DNA of 63,329 nucleotides, the filler included, from Octopus bimaculoides (lineage: Eukaryota): assembly GCF_001194135.2 (NCBI RefSeq). It is 7 parts of 6 records of this genome, joined end to end, with 100 filler letters (N's around TTAATTAATTAA, not from the genome) between each part and the next. Parts side by side here need not be neighbours in the genome. Positions count along the whole stretch, not along the records: positions 1 to 8,721 come from NC_068985.1; positions 8,822 to 15,253 come from NC_068981.1; 5 more parts are not named here. The stretch is one strand, 5' to 3'. Below, one piece after another: positions 1 through 10,640 of this stretch. The position numbers and the translations under genes are program-made. The number at the start of each line of letters is the position of its first letter. Positions within the stretch are counted from its first letter, which is position 1. The notes below the pieces were generated by a model. The model searched no databases. It saw only the letters and a program-made list of their open reading frames with translations, and was not told the origin of the DNA.

Positions 1-70
1 CCTAACTTTAAACCCTAACCCTAAACCTAACCCCTAACTCTAAACCCTAACCCTAATCCCTAACCCTTAA
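1..70 (+). repeat. Degenerate telomere-like (CCCTAA)n repeat
   Basis: About 11 imperfect CCCTAA/CCTAA units at the window start. Confidence 0.75.
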
Positions 71-431
71 TAAAATATGGGAAAAGCTGGAGATGAATGT
101 TTTGAAAACATTCTGAACTATCTTTCAGAATGGTTTACTTTTCAATGAAATATCATTTTGTTATTTTTCATTCAATTTATTCAATTTTATTCAATTTATA
201 TGCAATTTTCTTCTTGTATTAGATGGATAACCCACCCTCCATTTACAGCAAGTAGCGAGCATCTCGTTTTTTACCTGTGTGCTAAATTCGACTACTTACG
301 ACTAACGCGGGCGCATGCACAAATTTGTGACATGCACACTCCCAGAACTCGGATCCACACTTCCCCAGTAGTGCCAAATTTTGGAACTGAGTTTGCACCC
401 TCTAAGCAAATTTTGTTCCCGGGCCGCTGGA

Positions 432-777
432 TGTGGAATACAATGGTGAGCTACTGGTAGGAAATTAAATATCAAATTCATGCACCTGACTCTCTCTCAT
501 GGTCGCAGTGGATCTTGTCGCGCCTCGAAGAAGCAGTTAGAGAAGAGAGGTTGTTTGAACGGGTGTTTACTCTTAAATAGGCGATGTGCTACTAGCGACC
601 TCCTGCATGTCGTTTAGGAGTTATGCCTCTGGTAAATTAGCGAAGAGGGAGTTAACCATGTCCGCCTGGAATGTTCTAGAATATTCTAGATTGTTCGATC
701 AGGAGAGATAACCGTCGTTGACTCCTAACGAATATTTTTGTGGGCTTGCGAATCTGTTTCAATTAGCGTTGCCTACA
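432..777 (-). repeat. 3' LTR of Gypsy element
   Basis: TG...CA termini; direct repeat of 6544-6877 (~90% identity by eye); polypurine tract abuts it on the minus strand. Confidence 0.85.
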
Positions 778-790
778 TTACCCTCCCTCA
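778..790 (-). other. Polypurine tract (PPT)
   Basis: Minus strand reads GAGGGAGGGTAA immediately before the LTR start TGTAGG. Confidence 0.65.
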
Positions 791-1123
791 GACCGAAAGG
801 AGTTAAAAGGTCCAACAGGCAAAGAGTTAAACTGTAGGCAATGAAACAGGTGAATGCTCATGCTACACAAGGATGAGCAGAGACAAAGAGTGTGGAAAAA
901 GGAATAAATCATGGAAGATGGCAAATGTAAATAATGCATGCAAATACAAGATTATACTAATAAAAGAATAGAAACATGTCCAGACAAACACATATAACAT
1001 ACGAAATACATGTAATAATATGTGCAAAGAGAAGATGCAGCAAATCAGTTTGTTAAATTGTACAGTTTGTTCAAAACAGGTAGTGTATCAACAGGCACAG
1101 TTTATGTCAATACGAAAAGGCGA

Positions 1124-3560
1124 TTAAACATAGATAGTTTTGGACAGTTTATGTGGCCAAGTTACAGTTCTACCACTTTGTATGCTATAAGGTGGAGTAG
1201 AATGTGATGTTTGCGAATGTTGTTTGGAAGCATGTAAGGATGTTTGAGGTTGCTGTAAAGTTGTTGTTGCTGGAGTGGGTGTGTCAGGTAGTGAAATAAG
1301 ACTTTCAGAGAAAGCCTTCTTTACCCTGTCAATAGATACTGTCTGTTTTCGACCATTAATGTCCATGATGAAAAGTTTTGGTATGTGTGAAAGCACACAG
1401 AAAGGGCTTGAGTAAGGCGGTGTAAGGGGTCCTTTCACAGCATCATTCCACAAAAAAACATGTGTCCATGTAGAGATACCCGCTGGAACAGCAGAAGAAA
1501 CAGGCTGGTTACAAGGTGCCATGAGTAGCAGATCCGAGAAGTAAGAATGAAGTTTGGTGATGTACGACGTAAGATCCGGATGTGGTGAGTCGATTGGTGC
1601 CTTCATTTGGCCAGGAAGCACCAAAGTGGTACCGTACAAGAGTTCGGCTGCGAAGTAGCCCAAATCCGCTTTAACAGCAGACCGGCAACCTAGGAGAACG
1701 ATTGGAAGAAATTCAGTCCATCATTGTGGATCTGGGGTAACGCAAAGTTCAGCCTTTAACTGCCTATGCAATCTCGCCACCATTCTATTCGAAGCTGGGT
1801 GGTAACTAGTTGTATGAGTGTGCTGTACACCCAGCAGCCGTGACAGTTCATGGAAAAAGAAAGCTTCGAACTGGCGTCCACGATCAGTGGTGATCCTGGA
1901 GGGGACGCCAAAGCGTGCAATCCAACCTGAGATGAGAGCTCGAGCAACAGACTCGGCCGTAATATCCACCAGGGGTATGGCCTCTGGCCATCGGGAGAAC
2001 CGATCAATACAGGTCAAAATGTACGTGAAACCGGAACTGACGGGCCAAGGACCAACGAGATCAATATGGATGTGTCAGAAGCGAGTGTCCGACAGACTGA
2101 ACTGTCCCAATGGAGCACGAACGTGCCTATGCACCTTGAAGCGCTGACACTGCAAACAAGAACGCACCCAAGTGGTGATTGTGTGACGCATATCAGGCCA
2201 GAAGAAGCAGGCCGTGATAAGCTTCGCCTTGACAGCAATGCCTGGATGTGTCAACAAATGCAGAGCATTGAAGATGGTGCGGTGATGACAATCAGGAACG
2301 AGCGGTCTGGATGAACCAGTGGAAACATCACAGAGGATGTTCCCCTCAGCGGACAGTGGTGGCAGGTACTCAAACTTGCAGCAGGAGAACTGAGCAGAAG
2401 AAATGTTGAGCGAATCCAAGGAAGGTTGGTCTGAAGCAACAGCGACCAGATTAATCATAACAGGACACGAAATGGAACACAGAGGGAGCCTAGACAAAGC
2501 ATCAGTGGATATATTAGCAGATCCATCGACATAGCGTATGTCATTGGTGAAATGAGAAATTAAGTCCAAGTGTCTGTCTGCTCTCAGTGAGTAATTCTCC
2601 GACTTGGATTGTAGTGCGAATATGAGCTGTTTATGGTATGTGTATATCGTGAACTCCAGGCCTTCAAGGAGGTGGTGGAAGTGTCTCACAGCAAGATAAA
2701 CAGCTAACAGCTCTCTATCAAAAGCGCTATACCGTTGTTCTACTGGTTTCAGTTGGTGTGAGAAAAACACTAGTGGTTGACTCTGGTGTTGAACGTCTGT
2801 TGCAATACAGCACCAATGCCAACATTTGATGCATCAGCGGTTAAGGATAGTTCTGTGTTCGCTATAGGATGAGCGAGCAAGGAAACTTCAGCAAGATGAG
2901 AAACAATTTGTCTGCACAGTGGGGAATAAATTGACGATAGGAGTTGATTAACTCTAGGAAGTGATGTCCCAGGAACTCCGATGAAGTTGTACCAAACACA
3001 CACTTTGCAGGGTTGACCTTGACAATGTACGACCGGAGACGCTGGAACAACTGACATAAGTGTTGATGATGACGTTCAGCTGTGTCACTGGCTATGAGAA
3101 GGTCGTCCACATAAGCAAAAATGAAATCCATCCCACGAATGACTTCATCAATGAACCGCTGGAAAGTGCTGGCGGCATTGCACAGTCCAAATGCATGGAT
3201 AAGAACTCGAACGAGCCAAATGGAGTGGTTGCGGCCGTTTTCGGGATGTCTGCCGGGTTCAGTGGGTATTTGGTGATATGCACGTACCAAGTCAGTCTCG
3301 GAAAAACGGTGCATCCATGTAAAGCAGATGAAAAATCCTGGAGATGTGATAAAAGATAGCAGTCAGGGCTAGTGATGGCATTGAGGCGTCTGAAATCCCC
3401 AACTGGTTGGAAATCTGCGGAACTTTTTTTGCTTGCCATGTGTAAAGGTGACACCCATGGGCTCGAGGATGGTCGAATAAAACCAAGTTGGAGCATATGT
3501 TCAAATTCAACTTGAGTTACCTTAAGTACCAACCGTTACGGACGAGAAAAAACAGGAGGT
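1124..3560 (-). pseudogene. Ty3/Gypsy pol (RT, RNase H, integrase), frameshifted
   Basis: RT motifs PSSSPWVSPLHM, DFRRLN, FGLCNAASTFQRFID, FAYVDDLLIAS; RNase H LTADASNVGIGAVLQQ and YSAFDRELLAVYLAVRHF; integrase HHCC region and [28 protein letters not shown]. Order RT-RH-IN; several frameshifts and stops. Confidence 0.95.
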
Positions 3561-4889
3561 CTTTCTTGGAGATGAAATGTCTCGTTGAATGAACAGGCTC
3601 GGTTGGTTTAAACGACAAATCAGTAAGCTCCAGAAAAATTCTGTGGGGATTCTATCTCCCAAATGTTCGTCCTCCAAGAGCATACGAAAGCGACTCTCGG
3701 AGGACTTAGAATTCCTGCAAAGGACCTCTGCTTTTATACTATCGTAGTGAAACTACCTATCGTCACTAGATACAAAACTACTATCGCCATTACATACAAT
3801 CTTCTCATTTAAATATAAATAAATGCGAACGTAGTAGAGAACCCATTCCTTGTCATCACGTGACTGATTATTATTCGAATCGGCAAATTCTTCGAACCTT
3901 TCCCGCCAGAACGCAAACTGACCAATCACGGCCCCTAATAAGGTCACGTGATAGAGTAAAATTCTGAAGCCATTTGGAGCCCTCTTAACGCTATATATAG
4001 ATCAACTCATACCCCACAAATTTGTCTCGGTCCAGTTTCTCTTTGAGAACTGTTCCGTGTACCACACGACAGCAGCAGCAGTTCCAGCGACNNNNNNNNN
4101 NNNNNNNNNNNNNNNNNNNNNNNNNNNNNNNNNNNNNNNNNNNNNNNNNNNNNNNNNNNNNNNNNNNNNNNNNNNNNNNNNNNNNNNNNNNNNNNNNNNN
4201 NNNNNNNNNNNNNNNNNNNNNNNNNNNNNNNNNNNNNNNNNNNNNNNNNNNNNNNNNNNNNNNNNNNNNNNNNNNNNNNNNNNNNNNNNNNNNNNNNNNN
4301 NNNNNNNNNNNNNNNNNNNNNNNNNNNNNNNNNNNNNNNNNNNNNNNNNNNNNNNNNNNNNNNNNNNNNNNNNNNNNNNNNNNNNNNNNNNNNNNNNNNN
4401 NNNNNNNNNNNNNNNNNNNNNNNNNNNNNNNNNNNNNNNNNNNNNNNNNNNNNNNNNNNNNNNNNNNNNNNNNNNNNNNNNNNNNNNNNNNNNNNNNNNN
4501 NNNNNNNNNNNNNNNNNNNNNNNNNNNNNNNNNNNNNNNNNNNNNNNNNNGTGTTATTGACTCTTTCTATTTGCTGTAAACACTCATACACACATGTATC
4601 ACTCACATACACACTTTTCTTTGTATGACGGCCTGTCTTTGATTATGTTCTTATATGTCGCATTCACACTCTCACACAGACATACATCTTTAACGCTACA
4701 ATAAATATCTCTGTTATTCATCTTATACGGTTGTGGTCTTTCATTACTGGTCATCTATGTTATCGTCGTATAACATATCATATCTGATATATATTTGTGT
4801 GTTCGACCGTGTGACACGTTTAAATAAAAGGAGTCCTCTGTTCTTCCATTCGTCACCATTTCTCCTTTTTGAGTTCGCACGGTCGTCCC

Positions 4890-5090
4890 TTACACTATCG
4901 TAGGAAGCATCTGGTGGCATGTCTCTGGTTAGGTCTCTGACGGTGAGCGCTAACGGTGAAGGAATCCCACACAATACGATGTGTAATCTCTGTTGAGCCA
5001 ACTGAATGTTATTGGGTACGAAATATGATTCCATTTGGGCAAACTACATCTTAGGACTGCCATGACAGTGGGACAGATTGATGTGGCTCA
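4890..5090 (-). pseudogene. Gypsy gag N-terminal fragment
   Basis: M*FAQMESYF...LALTVRDLTRDMPPDASYD resembles the WFxQxExxF...VRD...P...YD gag motif; interrupted downstream by other insertions and a gap (~3740-4890). Confidence 0.6.
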
Positions 5091-5374
5091 TCTTTGGCGG
5101 AGAAAACGGAACACGCGTCTAGAAGAAGTAAGAACAAGCTGGACGTAACCAAAAACTAGAAAAGACACATCGAAGAAAATTCCACACGTGGTCTCGAATA
5201 AACAGGATAACATCCTCCAACGAGAAAAAATGTCAGGAGAAAAGGACGAGGATAAAAGAAAACACAAAGTCGTACCTGGCAAAGGGAAATATGGAGTTCG
5301 CAACAGAGAGGTTCATGTGTGGTGAATACACAGACAGTCGTTTAGCAGATACTGACCACACGAACACAGTTCGG

Positions 5375-5382
5375 CGTCGCCA
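5375..5382 (-). other. Candidate primer-binding site
   Basis: Minus strand TGGCGACG about 290 bp upstream of gag; only an 8-nt match to a tRNA-like 3' end and not adjacent to the LTR. Confidence 0.3.
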
Positions 5383-5468
5383 TTAGGAGAAACTTTTGTG
5401 TGGAAAAAATGGTAGTAAAAGCGAACATTGGTTGGTCAAAGAAATGTTTTATGGAGAAATTCCACACA

Positions 5469-5632
5469 GGAGTGGCTGTGTGGTAAGTAGCTTGCTTACC
5501 AACCACATGGCTCTGGGTTCAGTCCCACTGCGTGGCATCTTGGACAAGTGTCTTCCACTATAGCCTTGGGCCGACCAAAGCCTTGTGAGTGGATTTGGTA
5601 GACGAAACTGGAAGAAGCCCGTCGTATATATG

Positions 5633-5665
<33 letters not shown>

Positions 5666-5875
5666 ATGTTTGTGTGTCTGTGTTTGTCCCCACAACATCG
5701 CTTGACAACCGATGCTGGTGTGTTTACGTCCCTGTAACTTAGCGGTTCGGCAAAAGAGACCGATAGAATAAGTACGAAGCTTACAAAGAATAAGTCCTGG
5801 GGTCGATTTGCTCGACTAAAGATGGTGCTCCAGCATGGCCACGGTCAAATGACTGAAACAAGTAAAAGAGTAAAG
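5469..5875 (+). mobile_element. tRNA-derived SINE (family A)
   Basis: Head TGGCTGTGTGGTAAG...GGTTCAGTCCC (A/B boxes), internal (TA)/(TG) tract, tail GACTGAAACAAGTAAAAGAG; repeated at 18574, 50438, 61339 and in fragments elsewhere. Confidence 0.85.
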
Positions 5876-6543
5876 GGTACGTCGCGTAGTTTGAAGTTGG
5901 AGTCGACTCAGGTTATGAATTTCTTCTCATAAACCATCTTCGTGCCATGTCTTTTTCAGAGAGAACCTTTTCCGCCCAAAGATGGCGTAGAAATTTTCTC
6001 ATAACCAAGTGGTATGCCTTTCTTTTTTGACTGGAGTCACCACTGTAGCGAGTTGGTCACTGGTGTAGGAGTACTTGACCGCTGAAAAAGTCATAGCATT
6101 CCACACATGATAAAGCTGATAATGTAGAGGCAATCATGAAGATGAACGCTGTGAATCATATAACAGGCAATGGCTGTATTTTTACATGTGGTGCTCACTT
6201 TAGCGAGGGGCTGTAGATGCGTGTTTTAAGTCGGGTTACCAATTTAGCAAAGGAGGTCGCTAATAAAAACGTCAACATTTTAATAATTGGACTGAATCAT
6301 TAATTCAATAACCATGAAATACCTCTGTGCAGTAAATAACGACAACACTCGTTCTGTGCGAATAACTTCACATTCAAGGTTTTATTCAGACGCGTGACAA
6401 ACGAATGCTTACAGAGAGTATACAATGTTCAATAAAGATTTTTGGGAAGACGAACGGTTTTGAACAACTTGCCATGTTCCATGATAACTTTGAGTAAATA
6501 GGAGTAAATCAAGCTATGAGATTTACTTTCCACAGGCACTAAA

Positions 6544-6877
6544 CGTGGAATACCATGGCAAGCTACTGGTAGGAAATTATATATCGAATTCATGTACCTG
6601 TCTCTCTCGTGGTCACAATGGACCTTGTCGCGTCTCGAAGAAGCAGTTTGAGAAGAGAGGTTGTTTGAACGCTTAAATAGGCGATGTGCTACTAGCGACC
6701 TCCTACGTGTTGTTTAGGAATTATGCTTCTGGTAAATTAGTGAAGGGTGAGTTAACCATGTTCGCCTGGAATCTTCTAGAATATTCTAGATTGTTCGATC
6801 AGAAGAGATAACCATCATTGACTCCCAACAAATATTTTTGTAGGCATGCGAATCTGTTTCAATTAGCATTTTCTACA
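6544..6877 (-). repeat. Second LTR copy (putative 5' LTR)
   Basis: Direct repeat of 432-777 with about 33 substitutions and two small deletions. Confidence 0.8.
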
Positions 6878-6913
6878 CATACATACATACATATATATAT
6901 AAGTCCTCTTAGA

Positions 6914-7770
6914 CATGCCCATGATCACTAGGGTGGCCACTGTCACTAGCTACACCAATGATACAAAGTTATCACAGGCAATAAAAAGTGAAGATGACAT
7001 CGCAAGCTTACAATGGGATCTGAATTTGATATACAAGTGGGCCGAAGTAAACAACATGCTGTTTAATGCTGGAAAATTTCAAGCACTGTACTGTCAACTC
7101 ACAAATGAACTACAACCTGCATATACAGGACCCAAAGGCACTGCGATCTCAGAGTCACAAGCAGTGAAAGACTTGTGGATCAGTATGTGCAATGATGCAT
7201 CATTTCATATGATGTAGATAGCTGGCAGGATGGATACTGAGAGACCAAATATGGTCACAACATGGTACCAAACTAATAGTGGAACTTGAAGCAGTTCAAC
7301 TCTACTACACTAAAAAATTTAAACTGTACAGCAGATGACCTACAGGGATAGGCTATGAAAACTGCAACTTTACTCCCCGGAACGAAGTTGCGACAGATAT
7401 GTAATAATCTACATATGGAAAACTCTAAAATGGCTAATTTCGGCATTGAGTGTTATACAAATACCAGAGCTGGCCGCCATTGTATTGTACCAAAGGTACC
7501 ATCCATTCCATCTAAATTCTGGACCAGGTACCACAATATCCTAGGGTTCAAAGGTCCACAGCTCTTCAATGCCCCATCACAAGAATTAAGAAATCTCCAT
7601 AAGGTGGAAGTAGATGTCTTCAAAAAGGAACTAGACATCCTCCTCTCCCCAATAGAAGATGAACCAACAGTTCGACATGAGGTACAAACAAGGGCAGCAG
7701 AATCAAACTCTCTTATACACCAAATGGGCCAACAGCTGGGACAAACACACATACAGGAGTGGTGATGTGA
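6914..7770 (+). mobile_element. CR1/L2-group LINE RT C-terminal fragment
   Basis: TSYTNDTK (decayed YADDTK), WAEVNNMLFNAGKF, GPQLFNAP, FKKELDILL; about 85% similar to the minus-strand copy at 50690-51530. Confidence 0.85.
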
Positions 7771-7899
7771 AACACCCCAGACTGAGAAAATCAGCAAGAC
7801 CACGGTGGTGCTCCAGCATGACCGCAGCCACACGGCTGAAACGAGTAAAAATGTAAATATATATATATATATAATATACATACACATATATATATAGAC

Positions 7900-8520
7900 C
7901 TTTGGAAATATGCTGTGCGTGAAAAGACCCGGCAAGCCAAGTGAGACCTAAATCCAAGGCCTCTGCCAGGGGTGTAGCCAGCCCACTTATGCATACTTTT
8001 CCTTCTTTGGACACTAAACTCCGCTTGCGAAGACCTATTGAGGCAAGTGAAATCGAAACCAAACTAAATTCGACGACTGGCATCCATGCCAACGTCGTCT
8101 ACTTCATTGGACATGGAACTCAGCTTGTGAAGACTTATTGGATCAAGCGAAAGCGAAATCGGGATGGCACCTGTGCTCAGCGTCACCTCTCTGGCACTCG
8201 TGCCCGTGGCATGTGTAAGGACTTTCGAGTGAGATCGTTGCCAGTGCTCCTGGACTGGCTCTTGTGCGGGTGGCACATAAAATACACCATTTGAGCGTGG
8301 CCGTTGCCAGTACCGCCTGACTGGCCTTCGTTCCGGCGGCACGTAAAAGCACCCACTACACTCTCAGAGTGGTTGGCGTTAGGAAGGGCATTCAGCTGTA
8401 GAAACTCTGCCAAATCAGATTGGATCCTGGCGTAGCCATCTGGTTTCACCAGTCCTCAGTCAAATCGTCCAACCCATGCCAGCATAGAAAGCGGACGTTA
8501 AACGATGATGATGATGATGA
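7900..8520 (+). mobile_element. Probable RTE-type LINE 3' region with (GAT)n tail
   Basis: Ends GGACGTTAAACGATGATGATG; the same terminus occurs inverted at 15772-15920, near an RTE endonuclease fragment. Family assignment is inference. Confidence 0.55.
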
Positions 8521-8571
8521 TGTATATCTATCTATCTATCTATATCTATCTATATATATATATATACATAG

Positions 8572-8610
<39 letters not shown>

Positions 8611-8821
8611 ATTATGATAATAATATTAGGGATAAAAATCCAAATTTAGAGGTAAAAACTCAATTTAATTTAATTTATCAAAAATAAAATTAAATTTCAC
8701 AGTATATATAATATATATATANNNNNNNNNNNNNNNNNNNNNNNNNNNNNNNNNNNNNNNNNNNNTTAATTAATTAANNNNNNNNNNNNNNNNNNNNNNN
8801 NNNNNNNNNNNNNNNNNNNNN

Positions 8822-8960
8822 CACATGCACACATCCTACGCAAAACACTTTCAATACAGTAACCATAAGAGCACCACAGCAAACCACAGCACATACCCAA
8901 GGCGCATAGAGCTGCGCTCGGTAGTGAAGTGAAAACACTTTATAAAAATAAAACTACTGA
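8822..8960 (+). mobile_element. 3' end of R4/Dong-like LINE
   Basis: Near-identical to 10195-10330 and to the inverse of 14990-15120; encodes ...HILRKTLSIQ* plus 3' UTR. Confidence 0.75.
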
Positions 8961-8974
8961 ACAATAATAATAAA

Positions 8975-9219
8975 ATGACAGGATCTAGGATGCACCACTC
9001 AAAATATGACATAGAAATGCTATATATACAACGTATAGAAGGTGGTATATGCCATATACAGTTGGAAAATTATTATAAAATATCTACCATAGGACTGCAA
9101 AAATACCTACTTCAGCAGCAAGGAAAACTATTTCAAATTGCCACAAAACACAAGCAAAACAAAAAACTCTTTTCAGTATTTAAGGAAGCTGCCAAATGCA
9201 AACATGAAATCATACTACC

Positions 9220-9250
<31 letters not shown>

Positions 9251-10328
9251 AAGAAGAAGAAGAAGAAGAAGAAGAAGAAGAAGAAGAAGAAGAAGAAGAA
9301 GAAGAAGAAGAAGAAGAAGAAGAAGAAGAAGAAGAAGAAGAAGAAGAAGAAGAAGAAGAAGAAGAAGAAGAAGAAGAAGAAGAAGAAGAAGAAGAAACAA
9401 TAAAAGCTATAAAACAAATGAAACCCAAACTAAAACTAGAACAGCAACGGACCATGATAAAACGATGGCAAGAAAATCCCCTACATGGTAAATACTGGGC
9501 TAAACTACATGCAAAAGAAATAGACAGAGAAAAATCCCAGCAATGGTTGAGAAGCTCAGGACTCGAAGCAGAGACTGAAGGATTTTTAATTGCTGCACAA
9601 GACCAAAGTCTCCCCACCAGAAATTACCAAAAAAAATAATGAAAAAGAAAGATAACAAGTAACCGCAGAACATGTGGTGATGGACAAAAAGCAATAAATC
9701 ATATTATTTCTGGCTGCCCAGTCCTGGCTAAGAAGGAATATATTCACAGACACGACAGAGCTGGGACCTACATACACTGGAAGCTATGCCAACACTATGG
9801 AATAACAACAGAAGAAAGATGGTATAGGCACGCGCCAGAAAAGGTCACAGAAAACGAGAAAGCAAACATACTCCGGGATATGCCAGTACACACAAATAGA
9901 GAAACTAAGACCAATAGGCTAGATATAGTTGTCAGAGATCATGAACGAAAAAACAAATATTTCTAATTGATGTATCAATACCAGCAGATGACAACGTTTC
10001 CCTAAAAGAAATGGAGAAAATTTCAAAATACAAAGACCTGGAAACAGAGGTAACTCGAATGTGGAATCTAAAAACAGAAACAAATTCCTATCATATTAGG
10101 CGCATTAGGTATGATAAAAAATATTCAAACAAATACATAACAAAACACCAGGACTTACAAATATATATAACACACAGAAAATTGTACTACTGGACACTGC
10201 GCACATCCTACACAAAACACTTTCAATACAGTAACCATAAGAGCATCACAGTAAACCACAGTACATACCCAAGGCCCATAGGGCTGCGCCCGGTAGTGAA
10301 GTGAAAGCACGCTATAAAAATAAAACTA

Positions 10329-10330
<2 letters not shown>
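8975..10330 (+). mobile_element. 5'-truncated R4/Dong-like LINE (RT thumb, CCHC knuckle, RLE endonuclease)
   Basis: HHSKYDIEMLYIQRIEGG; AAQDQSLPTRNY; INHIISGCPVLAKKEYIHRHD; LIDVSIP...KEMEKISKYKDLE; several frameshifts; (TAA)n tail. Confidence 0.9.
9221..9396 (+). repeat. (GAA)n microsatellite inside the LINE ORF
   Basis: About 59 pure units. Confidence 0.95.
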
Positions 10331-10397
<67 letters not shown>

Positions 10398-10640
10398 CGA
10401 GATAACTTTTTCTGGAGATAATAAAATCGAAGAGAAAGAAGAAGAGAAACTGTACAGCCGTAGTGAACTGAAGTGAGAAATATGCTGACTGAATGCAATG
10501 AAGACAGTGGCCGTGTTACCGATAGCGACTGTTGCGCTTGGAGGTATCAGCAACGTGGCTCAAGAAGATTTGTACAAATGTAAAGATAGAACAACATCGC
10601 TTGGAACTGAAAGAGTTCTCCGCAGAGTTCTACAGGCATG
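10398..10640 (+). mobile_element. RLE C-terminal fragment of a second R4-like LINE
   Basis: KIEEKEEEKL..ELK*EI...PIATVALGGI...LGTERVLRRVL*; starts directly after the (TAA)n tract at 10332-10397. Confidence 0.6.

Noticed and set aside
7960-8170. HDV-like ribozyme in the duplicated motif of the RTE-like 3' region
   Set aside because: I could not build P1/P2 pairings convincingly by eye.
8767-8778. TTAATTAATTAA in the middle of N runs (also about 15298, 19448, 46690, 56332 and 60637)
   Set aside because: Identical 12-mer with stops in all six frames centred in gaps: an assembly spacer, not biology.
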